A DNA stretch of 64,000 nucleotides. Source: Candidatus Omnitrophota bacterium (GTDB lineage Bacteria; Omnitrophota; Gorgyraeia; Zapsychrales; Fredricksoniimonadaceae). Location: positions 4,560 to 68,559 of the forward strand of contig JADFXX010000010.1 of the NCBI GenBank assembly GCA_015233335.1. The letters are read 5' to 3'. Position numbers and translations under genes: made by a program. Positions 1 through 8,637 of this stretch are shown here, one piece after another. The notes under the pieces were generated by a model. It ran no database searches and had not been told where the DNA came from. It saw nothing but the letters and a program-made list of their open reading frames with translations. Numbering within the stretch: position 1 is the stretch's first letter; each line of letters opens with the position of its first letter.

Positions 1-3000
1 CACGTTCATACCCAATATTCCCTGCTGGACGGTGCTTGTCGTGTGGATGAGTTGGTCAACAAGGCCGCAGCGCTTGGCATGCCAGCTGTAAGCATGACCG
101 ACCATGGCAATATGTTCGGTGCCATCCATTTTTATAGAGCCTGTCTTAAAGCCAAAATTAAGCCTATTATCGGATGTGAAGCATATATCACATCTGCCAG
201 CCGTTTTGATAAAGGCTCTGATCAAAAGAACACGCATCATTTGATCCTTTTGGCAGCCAGCAATGAGGGTTATTCTAACCTGATGAAATTGGTTTCTGCG
301 GCCTATTTGGAAGGGTTTTATTATAAGCCGCGCATTGATAAAGAAATTTTAGCCAGACATGCTAAAGGTCTGATCGGATTGTCTTCGTGTCTTAAAGGTG
401 AGGTGCCGAGCCTCCTGTTGCGCGGTCAATTTGATGCGGCGTTAAAGACAGCTGATGAGTATCGGCATATTTTTTCTCCCGGGGCGTATTATCTTGAGCT
501 CATGGACCATGAGATGATCGAGCAGAAAAAAGTTAACGAAGCTATCGGGGTAATCGCAGGGCAGTTGAATTTACCCATGGTTGCCACCAACGATGTGCAT
601 TATCTCGAGCAATCTCAGGCCTTGGCGCATGAGACACTTCTTTGTATCCAGACACAGACGACATTAAGCGACCCTAAACGCATGCGCTTTGCGACAGACC
701 AGTTTTATTTTAAAGAAGCTGAGGCCATGAACAAGGTGTTTGAGGGGGTTCCTCAAGCGATCAGCAATACCTTGGCTATCGCTGAGCAATGTAATGTAAA
801 ACTGGATTTTGACCAATATCATCTGCCGCGTTACGATGTGCCAGCGGGCAATAGTGCCAAGGAGTATTTACACCAGCTTTGCGAGAAGGGCTGTCAACGC
901 CGTTTTCCTTCAGGTGTGGATGGGGCTTTGCGTGGGCGTCTTGAACATGAACTTCATACGATTGAGAAGATGGGTTTTGTCAGTTACTTTTTGATTGTTT
1001 GGGACTTTATTAATTATGCCAAGTCCATAGGCGTCCCTGTGGGCCCGGGGCGCGGTTCTGCTGCCGGCAGTTTGGTCAGTTACCTGTTAGGGATTACGGA
1101 TTTAGACCCCATCAAGTATGGTTTGCTTTTCGAGCGTTTTATGAACCCGGGCCGTAAAAGCATGCCGGATATTGATATTGATTTTTGCTATGAGCGTCGG
1201 GGAGAGATCATTGACTATGTCACTAAAAAATATGGCAGTGCGAATGTGGCTCAGATCATCACCTTCGGTTCTATGCAGGCTAAAGCGGCGGTGCGTGATG
1301 TGGGCAGGGCCATGGGCATGAGTTATCCCGAGGTAGATCGTATTGCTAAACTTATTCCCAACGAGATCGGAATTACCATTGAGCAGGCTTTAAATGTTGA
1401 GCCGCAATTGCGAGAAGCTGTAGAATTTGACAAAACAGCCAAACAATTACTTGCGACAGCTCAGGTTTTGGAGGGCCTCAACCGTCATGCGTCGATCCAT
1501 GCGGCCGGGGTCGTGATCTCAGACAAGCCTTTGACAGATTACGTTCCCTTATTTAAGAGTGCAGACGGACAGGTGACCACCGCCTTTGACATGGACGGCA
1601 TTTCCCAAATGGGCTTGTTAAAAATGGATTTTTTAGGCTTAAGGACGCTCACCGTTATTACTCAAACGCTCAAGCTTATTAAACAGCATCAGGGTATTAC
1701 CCTCGATATTAATAATCTTGCGCTCGATGATCAAAAAACGTATGAGATGTTAGGACGTGCTAATGCCATGGGGATTTTTCAGCTGGAAAGCGGCGGGATG
1801 CGGGATCTTTTAAAGAAAATGAAACCGACCGAGTTCGAAGACCTTATTGCGATCTTGGCCTTATACCGTCCTGGTCCCATGGGCTCAGGCATGTTGGAAG
1901 ATTTTATCAAACGCAAGCGCGGGGAGCAGAAAATTTCATATCCCCATCCCAAATTAGAATCTCTGCTCAAACCTACCTGCGGCATTATTCTTTATCAGGA
2001 GCAGGTTATGCAAATCGCTTCGGTCATGGCCGGTTTTAGCATGGCTCAAGCCGATGACTTGCGTAAAGCCATGGGTAAGAAGATCGCATCAGAAATGCAA
2101 AAAATGCGCAGTTTTTTTATTGAAGGCTGTGCTAAAACCCACCAAATCCATGAAGCGCAGGCTAACCAATTGTTTGATCTGATCGATTATTTTGCAGGGT
2201 ACGGATTTAACCGCAGTCATTCAGCGGCCTATGCGCTCATTTCTTATCGGACTGCATATTTAAAGGCTAATTATCCGGTTGAGTTTATGACAGCACTTTT
2301 GACCTCTGAACGTGACAATACGGATAAGGTGGTTGAGTATGTCAAAGAGTCAGCAGCGATGGGCATCCGCATCCTGCCGCCGGATGTTAATTACAGTCAG
2401 GCTCATTTCACCGTTGAGAGTAAAACTTCCATCCGTTATGGTTTGCTGGCAGTCAAGAACATCGGAGCAGGGGCCATTGAATCCCTGGTGTATGCCCGTG
2501 AAGAGTCAGGACCTTTTAGCTCGGTATTTGATTTCTGTCGTCGTGTTGATTTACGTTTAAATAACCGCAAAGTTTTAGAAAGCCTTATTAAGTCCGGGGC
2601 TTTTGATGTTTTTAAAAGCCGCCGTTCTCAAATGATGGCCATTTTAGAAAAGGCCATGGAAGCGGGTGCCCGAGGGCAAAAAGAAAACCAAGTCGGCCAA
2701 TTTTCTTTTTTTAATATGGGGCAGGAAGAAAGTGGTTTCGGCAAGAATGACGAAATGCTTCCTGAAATTCCGGAATGGCCGCAGGCAACCATTTTGAGTG
2801 ATGAAAGGGCTTTGCTGGGTTTTTATTTGAGCGGACATCCTTTGGACAGATATAAGAATGAAATTGAGAAATTTGCTGACTTTACTCCGGCCAGTATTAT
2901 CAATGCCCGTGACGGGCAGGAAGTACGTATGGTGGGTTTGATCAAATCCGTGAAGCTGACGACCACTAAAAAGACCAATGAGCGAATGGCCATTGTGGGG

Positions 3001-3411
3001 CTGGAAGGCATTGGCGGGGAAATGGAGGTGGTGGTTTTCCCGTCCAGCTATACGCAGGTGGCCATATACTTAAAAGAAAATTCAGTGGTAGTTGTCAAGG
3101 GCAAGATCAGTTTCCGGGACGGGTTTCCCAAAATGATGGTCAATGAAATGGCGGGTATTGACGAGGTCTATGAGATGATCAAGTCCGTTCAGGTGGACCT
3201 TTCCCAAACGAGCCAGGAGGGTTTTGAGAAACTGAAGGAAAAGCTGTCGCGTTTCCCGGGTAAGGTCCCGGTTTATCTGCAGGTAGATACGAACAATTAT
3301 AAGCGGGTACAGATCTTAGTCGGCGAGAACTTATATGTCACTCCGAGTGAAGTGTTGATGGAGGAGATCAAAATCTTGGTCGGAGAAAATAATTTTTCTT
3401 TAACGCTATAA
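1..3411 (+). CDS. dnaE: DNA polymerase III alpha subunit, 5' end truncated by window edge
   Basis: Frame 1 is open from nt 1 (HVHTQYSLLDGACRVDELV = PHP-domain start typical of DnaE). The protein carries polymerase-core motifs (GSAAGSLVSYLLGITDLDP, PDIDIDF) and an OB-fold-like C-terminus. Stop codon at 3409-3411. Confidence 0.95.
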   Translation, partial: HVHTQYSLLDGACRVDELVNKAAALGMPAVSMTDHGNMFGAIHFYRACLKAKIKPIIGCEAYITSASRFDKGSDQKNTHHLILLAASNEGYSNLMKLVSAAYLEGFYYKPRIDKEILARHAKGLIGLSSCLKGEVPSLLLRGQFDAALKTADEYRHIFSPGAYYLELMDHEMIEQKKVNEAIGVIAGQLNLPMVATNDVHYLEQSQALAHETLLCIQTQTTLSDPKRMRFATDQFYFKEAEAMNKVFEGVPQAISNTLAIAEQCNVKLDFDQYHLPRYDVPAGNSAKEYLHQLCEKGCQRRFPSGVDGALRGRLEHELHTIEKMGFVSYFLIVWDFINYAKSIGVPVGPGRGSAAGSLVSYLLGITDLDPIKYGLLFERFMNPGRKSMPDIDIDFCYERRGEIIDYVTKKYGSANVAQIITFGSMQAKAAVRDVGRAMGMSYPEVDRIAKLIPNEIGITIEQALNVEPQLREAVEFDKTAKQLLATAQVLEGLNRHASIHAAGVVISDKPLTDYVPLFKSADGQVTTAFDMDGISQMGLLKMDFLGLRTLTVITQTLKLIKQHQGITLDINNLALDDQKTYEMLGRANAMGIFQLESGGMRDLLKKMKPTEFEDLIAILALYRPGPMGSGMLEDFIKRKRGEQKISYPHPKLESLLKPTCGIILYQEQVMQIASVMAGFSMAQADDLRKAMGKKIASEMQKMRSFFIEGCAKTHQIHEAQANQLFDLIDYFAGYGFNRSHSAAYALISYRTAYLKANYPVEFMTALLTSERDNTDKVVEYVKESAAMGIRILPPDVNYSQAHFTVESKTSIRYGLLAVKNIGAGAIESLVYAREESGPFSSVFDFCRRVDLRLNNRKVLESLIKSGAFDVFKSRRSQMMAILEKAMEAGARGQKENQVGQFSFFNMGQEESGFGKNDEMLPEIPEWPQATILSDERALLGFYLSGHPLDRYKNEIEKFADFTPASIINARDGQEVRMVGLIKSVKLTTTKKTNERMAIVGLEGIGGEMEVVVFPSSYTQVAIYLKENSVVVVKGKISFRDGFPKMMVNEMAGIDEVYEMIKSVQVDLSQTSQEGFEKLKEKLSRFPGKVPVYLQVDTNNYKRVQILVGENLYVTPSEVLMEEIKILVGENNFSLTL

Positions 3412-3412
3412 T

Positions 3413-4507
3413 ATGAACAATGATCTGATGTATATGAACCGTGCTTGGGAGCTGGCCCTTCAGGGGTGGGGGAAAACTTCTCCTAATCCCATGGTGGGAG
3501 CCCTGCTTGTTAAAGCAGGTCATATAATTGCGGAAGGGTATCATCATTTTTGCGGAGGGGATCATGCGGAAGTCGATGCCTTAAAGAAAGCAGGTTTCAG
3601 GGCCCGAGGAGGAACTTTGTATGTGACCCTTGAACCCTGTTCCCATGAAGGACGCACACCAGCCTGTACGCAAGCGATTGTAAAAGCAGGCATTAAGAAG
3701 GTTATCATAGGAGCCTTGGATCCTAATCCGATCAATCACGGTAAATCCCTTAAGTTCTTGAGACGCAAAGGTGTTGAGGTAGAACAAGGATTGTTGGCAG
3801 GGGAGTTAACCCGTATGAATGAGGCATTTAACTGCTGGATTACGACCGGCTTCCCTTTTGTAACCTCTAAGGTTGCCCAAACTCTGGATGGTAAGATTGC
3901 TCATTATTCAGGCAACTCAAAGTGGATTACTTCGAAGGTGACAAGGGGCTGGGCACGTCGGTTTAGATATAGTTTTGACGCCATCATGGTCGGCATTAAT
4001 ACCGTGCTCAAGGATGATCCTTGTTTAAAGACGCTTCCCGTTAAGCGCATTAAGAAGATCGTCCTAGACACGTATTGCAAGATATCTCCTAGGGCTAGAT
4101 TATTTGAAGGAAGCGATCCTGAAGATATTTTTATTTTTACAGCCCATCCGTCGGTAAAGAAAATCAAAGCCCGGGTAATAAAATCTCCTGTTTATAAAGG
4201 TAAAATTGATTTAAAATGGGTTTTAGAGTTTTTAGGAAAAAGAGAAGTGACTCACGTCCTTATCGAAGGCGGCGGGGCAGTGGTTGGTGGGGCCTTACAG
4301 CGCGGGTTGGTCGATAAAATGATGATTTATATGGCCCCCAAGATCATGGGAGAAGGAATATGCGGGATGGGTGGTTTACGTGTAAAATCATTGGCGGATA
4401 TGATCCAGCTTCAAGACATGAGCATCGATAAAATAGGTGATGATATTCTAATCCAAGGCTATCCTGCGGTGTCATTGCGAGGGGCGAAGCGACGAGGTAA
4501 TCTCTAA
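3413..4507 (+). CDS. ribD: Bifunctional riboflavin biosynthesis deaminase/reductase RibD
   Basis: N-terminal CMP/dCMP-type deaminase motifs (HAEVDAL, PCSHEGRTPAC) followed by a reductase domain (VTSKVAQTLDGKIA, EGGG). It has an unusual short C-terminal tail, SLRGAKRRGNL. Confidence 0.9.
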   Translation: MNNDLMYMNRAWELALQGWGKTSPNPMVGALLVKAGHIIAEGYHHFCGGDHAEVDALKKAGFRARGGTLYVTLEPCSHEGRTPACTQAIVKAGIKKVIIGALDPNPINHGKSLKFLRRKGVEVEQGLLAGELTRMNEAFNCWITTGFPFVTSKVAQTLDGKIAHYSGNSKWITSKVTRGWARRFRYSFDAIMVGINTVLKDDPCLKTLPVKRIKKIVLDTYCKISPRARLFEGSDPEDIFIFTAHPSVKKIKARVIKSPVYKGKIDLKWVLEFLGKREVTHVLIEGGGAVVGGALQRGLVDKMMIYMAPKIMGEGICGMGGLRVKSLADMIQLQDMSIDKIGDDILIQGYPAVSLRGAKRRGNL

Positions 4508-4511
4508 TTTT

Positions 4512-5090
4512 ATGTTCACCGGTATTATTGAACAGACAGGCATAATTAAAAATATTGACCCTAAAAAGAATCTGCTGGTTCTAGGCATTGACTTGGGTTC
4601 ATTGGCCCGAGAGGTGCGTCTGGGGGACAGTGTTTCTGTTAACGGGGTTTGTCTGACGATTACCTCAAAAAAATCTACTGTGGCCAAATTTGACCTGATG
4701 AAAGAGACTATTGAGAAAACCTCATTACGTTCCCTGAAACCGGGTCAACCGGTCAACCTTGAACTGGCCTTAAGAGCGGATAGCCGCTTGGGTGGCCATT
4801 TTGTAACCGGGCATGTCGATGAGGTGGCTGTCATTAAACATATCGCTCGTGAGGAGAACTGGGTATCGATGAGATTGGGTATTTCGAGGGGCAACAGAAA
4901 ATATATAGTGCCCAAAGGTTCTGTGACTATTGAAGGAATCAGTTTGACCATAGGCCGTGTCGGGAAAAATGATTTCGAAGTCTACTTGATTCCTTACACG
5001 CTTGAGGTGACAAACCTCAGGTTAAAAAAAACCGGGGACCTTGTTAATATTGAGACGGATATTTTAGCAAAGTATCTGTTGGGGGAATAA
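4512..5090 (+). CDS. ribE: Riboflavin synthase (alpha chain)
   Basis: Starts MFTGIIEQTG. Contains the duplicated lumazine-binding repeat (SVSVNGVCLT / SVTIEGISLT). Adjacent to ribD. Confidence 0.9.
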   Translation: MFTGIIEQTGIIKNIDPKKNLLVLGIDLGSLAREVRLGDSVSVNGVCLTITSKKSTVAKFDLMKETIEKTSLRSLKPGQPVNLELALRADSRLGGHFVTGHVDEVAVIKHIAREENWVSMRLGISRGNRKYIVPKGSVTIEGISLTIGRVGKNDFEVYLIPYTLEVTNLRLKKTGDLVNIETDILAKYLLGE

Positions 5091-5092
5091 AC

Positions 5093-5527
5093 ATGAAACT
5101 TGAAATTTTGGACATCCAGAGAATTATTCCGCACCGTATCCCCTTTTTGATGATCGACCGCGTCCTGGAATGCCTTCCTAATGAACGGCTTGTAGCTGTC
5201 AAGAACGTGTCCATCAACGAGCATTATTTTTTGGGACATTTTCCCGGTGAGCAGGTGATGCCAGGGGTTTTGATCATTGAGGCGATGGCCCAGGCCGGTT
5301 GTATTTATTTTTATTACAGTAAGAATCTACAGGGCAAGAATTTGATATATTATTTGGCTAAGACCGACGCGCGTTTTTATCATCCCGTCATGCCGGGAGA
5401 TCAACTGACCATTGAGGTATCCACGGTCAAATTATTACCTAAGGCGGGCGTGCTCAAGTGCACAGCCCATGTTGCCGGGAAATTGGTGGCAGAAGCACAA
5501 ATAGGCTTTGGAATAAAAGAAGTCTAG
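5093..5527 (+). CDS. fabZ: 3-hydroxyacyl-ACP dehydratase FabZ
   Basis: IPHRIPFLMIDRV and HFPGEQVMPGVLIIEAMAQ hot-dog fold motifs; 144 aa. Confidence 0.9.
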   Translation: MKLEILDIQRIIPHRIPFLMIDRVLECLPNERLVAVKNVSINEHYFLGHFPGEQVMPGVLIIEAMAQAGCIYFYYSKNLQGKNLIYYLAKTDARFYHPVMPGDQLTIEVSTVKLLPKAGVLKCTAHVAGKLVAEAQIGFGIKEV

Positions 5528-5557
5528 AAAACGTTTTCCGCAAACACCGCTCCAGCC

Positions 5558-5593
5558 CTTGTTTTTAAAGCATTTATATTGCATACTTAAAGC
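5558..5593 (+). promoter_or_regulatory. Conserved promoter-like block abutting the start codon of paralog 1
   Basis: The 36-nt block cttgtttttaaagcatttatattgcatacttaaagc is nearly identical to 8602-8637. It reads as -35 TTGTTT (5559-5564), a 17-nt spacer and -10 CATACT (5582-5587), followed by 6 nt and then the ATG. No Shine-Dalgarno sequence is present. Confidence 0.45.
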
Positions 5594-8569
5594 ATGAAGG
5601 CCCCATTGATCCACATAGCTATTCTGATAGCGTTTTTGGTTAATATTACAGGCCCCATGCCCTCGGCTCGGGCTCAGGAATACTCTTTGCCTGCTCCTGG
5701 AGTCATGGTCCATTTAAGCCCTCCGCTCGTTCCCCCGATACTTAAAGGGGTCAAGGTCCACCCGGATGATCCCTTCCATTTTGATTTTATTTTGGATCGG
5801 GGTGAGGGGGAGTTAAACAATGACCAACTGAGGGACGAGTCTAGCCAATTGATCAGATATTTCTTAGCATCTTTGACTATCCCTGAAAAAGATTTATGGG
5901 TTAACTTGTCTCCATATGAAAAGGATAGGATCATTCCCCAGTCATTTGGTTTAACCGAAATGGGACGGGACCTGCTTGCGGAAGATTATATGCTCAAGCA
6001 GATAACTGCCAGCTTGATCTATCCTGAAGATAACACAGGACAGCGGTTCTGGCGGCGTATTTACGAAGAAGCAGCCAAAAAATATGGGACAACGGATATA
6101 CCGGTCAACACATTTAATAAAGTATGGATTGTTCCTGAGAGGGCGGTTGTCTATGAGAATGCTAAAGCGGCAACGGCGTATGTGGTGGAATCGAAATTGA
6201 AAGTGATGTTAGAGCAGGATTATTTAGCCTTGGGAAAAAACCAAATGCCAACCAGGGGACATGTCCCCGAAGGGGACGTGTCCCCAAGCCCATTGCCAAA
6301 CGACGCAGGGTTGAATATGAAAGCACCCCAGGTCAACAACGGTGCGACAAGAGAAGATGTCAACGCCTTAGGCTCCCAAATCGTACGGGAAGTAATTATC
6401 CCCGAATTGACCAAAGAAGTTAATGAAAACAAGAATTTTGCCAAACTTCGTCAGGTTTATAATTCCCTGATCCTTGCAACTTGGTATAAAAAGAAAATCA
6501 AAGACAGCATCTTAAGTCAGGTTTATGCCGATCAGAACAAAGTTGCTGGTGTTAATATTGATGATCCTCAAGAGAAAGAGAAGATCTATCAGCAATACCT
6601 CCAAGCTTTTAAAAGGGGTGTTTATAACTACATTAAAGAAGAACAGGACCCTTTGACACAGGAGGTGATCCCCAGGAAATATTTTTCGGGAGGGGTTGAC
6701 TGTTCAATGTTCGGCGCTGCTAATGATAAAGCTCTGCTCATAGAAAATAACGAGTCCAGTCTGCCTAAGGGCTTTAATGATCGGGCCATGATCGTTAAGG
6801 CAGGTCTCAGATTTGCTAAATCTGCTGTTAAAAAGGCCCTGGACACTTTAGAGATCAAAGTTGTTCAAGTTAAACAGTTGCCGGAGTATCGGCGAATGAA
6901 AGATAACAGAAATTTTAAACTTTTAAGAACTAATGCTGACAGGGTTCAAGCGGTTGTTGATAATAATTTGGTTGATGTTCAGCCTACACTCGATGCAATC
7001 AATTCCAGGGGACTGCTAAGATTTGTTTTAGACCCAAATAATAATCCCTCTCCTTTTGCGGCCCCTTTGTTGATGGGACAGTTTATGGAATTATATGATC
7101 GGGTGATTGCGGCTTTAGATGCTAAGGGGCTGAAATCATTTCTTTCTTGGTTTCCCGCCGTAAGTCTCACAAGTTTTAACAGGACTTTAGAAGAACAGGA
7201 AATACTTATAGCGAAAGGATTCCCAGCGGCTCCTGGGGATAAAAGCGCCCATTTGCGCGGATTAGCAATGGATTTTAATTTCAGGGATTTGTTTGATGCA
7301 GATAAATATTTGGATTCTCTTAGTGATTCGGATACCCCCAATATGGAAAGGCTGCCTTTATCGTTTCGGGATTTATCAGTTGAACAAGTAAAGATGATAA
7401 AGCAAAAGGGGTTAATAAAAATAGTATTGCGTACTTTTTGGGAAGTTGCTCTTGAAATGGAAAAAGAAGGGACGGCCCACTATATTTCCGAAAATCGCAT
7501 TTCAGTGTTTGATACTTTACTGGGGATTCTTGGGTTGAAATGGCCCTCCCGGCCCCTTTTACACTTTGCTGCTCTTCCTCCGATCACTTTCAGCTGGCAG
7601 CATGTCATGCACTCCTTAGATGATGTCACATTGGTCAAATATTCATCCTCAGCGTCATTTAAAGAGGGAGAATGGCGTCTGGATTCATCACAACCGGACA
7701 TGATTGCCGATCTAAAGAATGTGAGGGATAAGTTGAAGGAAATGAATGGCCAAAAAGTTGAAATTGAAGTGGGGATTTCCGGATATTTGACCCGTTATGG
7801 GCAGTGGGCATGGTATGCGAACAGCGGACAAGAACACACTATTCGCAGGAGTGCCCCTGAAGAAATGCAAAATGCTAACACGCAGCTAGCAGTACATATT
7901 CATTCACATCCCATTCCGGATGCAGATCACCCGGGTTGGGATTTATTGCCTTCTTCCGCAGATTTGCAACTGATGTCTATGCATAATAAAACACAGCACT
8001 TAATATTAGTCCAGGACGGATTACTATGGTTAGAGAATCCAGATCCAGCATTACACTTAGAGGACGGAACCCTCGCTGCCGATTTCAAACAAAAAGATGA
8101 TGGTAAGAATTTTTACGATGTTTTATATGATCAGTGGCTGAGGCGTGAGGGGAATGAAAATTTGAGGGATAATATTGAGGCCAAAAAAGCTTTTCTGGAT
8201 GCCATTGGTTTAAGAAGGGAATTGGTCCGCTGGGATGATCCCAATCTGCCGACCAAATGGCAGGAGATGGTTGACCGGTCGATGCTGACCAGGGACAATT
8301 TAAATCCTGGACTAACAGAGAATCAAAGCACTGGGGAAAAGAAATCTGATAAGCTTGGCGGTATTGATTTAACCCCTGCCAATATGAATTTATTGATGCA
8401 AAACAATGGGGGTGTGATCAAATTCCATCTTGACCCCTCTCAGCTTACACAATTCCAAAACGCCCCTGGCTTTGTGCCGGTTATTATCAATATCCAGCCG
8501 ATGACTGACCTTAAGATATTCTTGGGGTTAGCTGAAAATAAAACCGCCACACAAACCGCCAATTTGTAA
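5594..8569 (+). CDS. Large secreted modular protein, paralog 1: conserved N module, M15/LAS-like and JAMM-like cargo, conserved GGIDL C module
   Basis: Signal peptide ending SARAQE. The N module aligns by eye to 8638-9705 and 22094-23125. The centre contains SAHLRGLAMDF (SxHxxGxAxD, LAS/M15 peptidase-like, 7244-7276) and HIHSHP...PSSADL (JAMM/MPN-like, 7895-7963). The C module at 8356-8569 is shared with the other two paralogs. Confidence 0.85.
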   Translation: MKAPLIHIAILIAFLVNITGPMPSARAQEYSLPAPGVMVHLSPPLVPPILKGVKVHPDDPFHFDFILDRGEGELNNDQLRDESSQLIRYFLASLTIPEKDLWVNLSPYEKDRIIPQSFGLTEMGRDLLAEDYMLKQITASLIYPEDNTGQRFWRRIYEEAAKKYGTTDIPVNTFNKVWIVPERAVVYENAKAATAYVVESKLKVMLEQDYLALGKNQMPTRGHVPEGDVSPSPLPNDAGLNMKAPQVNNGATREDVNALGSQIVREVIIPELTKEVNENKNFAKLRQVYNSLILATWYKKKIKDSILSQVYADQNKVAGVNIDDPQEKEKIYQQYLQAFKRGVYNYIKEEQDPLTQEVIPRKYFSGGVDCSMFGAANDKALLIENNESSLPKGFNDRAMIVKAGLRFAKSAVKKALDTLEIKVVQVKQLPEYRRMKDNRNFKLLRTNADRVQAVVDNNLVDVQPTLDAINSRGLLRFVLDPNNNPSPFAAPLLMGQFMELYDRVIAALDAKGLKSFLSWFPAVSLTSFNRTLEEQEILIAKGFPAAPGDKSAHLRGLAMDFNFRDLFDADKYLDSLSDSDTPNMERLPLSFRDLSVEQVKMIKQKGLIKIVLRTFWEVALEMEKEGTAHYISENRISVFDTLLGILGLKWPSRPLLHFAALPPITFSWQHVMHSLDDVTLVKYSSSASFKEGEWRLDSSQPDMIADLKNVRDKLKEMNGQKVEIEVGISGYLTRYGQWAWYANSGQEHTIRRSAPEEMQNANTQLAVHIHSHPIPDADHPGWDLLPSSADLQLMSMHNKTQHLILVQDGLLWLENPDPALHLEDGTLAADFKQKDDGKNFYDVLYDQWLRREGNENLRDNIEAKKAFLDAIGLRRELVRWDDPNLPTKWQEMVDRSMLTRDNLNPGLTENQSTGEKKSDKLGGIDLTPANMNLLMQNNGGVIKFHLDPSQLTQFQNAPGFVPVIINIQPMTDLKIFLGLAENKTATQTANL

Positions 8570-8601
8570 TACTTCCAATACTTTAAAAGTGCCTTCCATT
8601 T

Positions 8602-8637
8602 CTTGTTTTTAGAGTATTTATATTGCATACTTAAGAG
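8602..8637 (+). promoter_or_regulatory. Conserved promoter-like block abutting the start codon of paralog 2
   Basis: cttgtttttagagtatttatattgcatacttaagag has the same geometry as 5558-5593: TTGTTT, 17-nt spacer, CATACT (8626-8631), 6 nt, then ATG at 8638. Confidence 0.45.

Noticed and set aside
5570-5590. Sigma-54 promoter reading of the conserved AAGCAT-N5-TTGCA / TGGCAT motif
   Set aside because: The -12 TTGCA is present, but the essential -24 GG dinucleotide is missing in paralog 1 (AAGCAT) and paralog 2 (GAGTAT). In paralog 3 the TGGCAT is not followed by a correctly spaced TTGC. A sigma70-type -35/-10 reading fits all three copies better.
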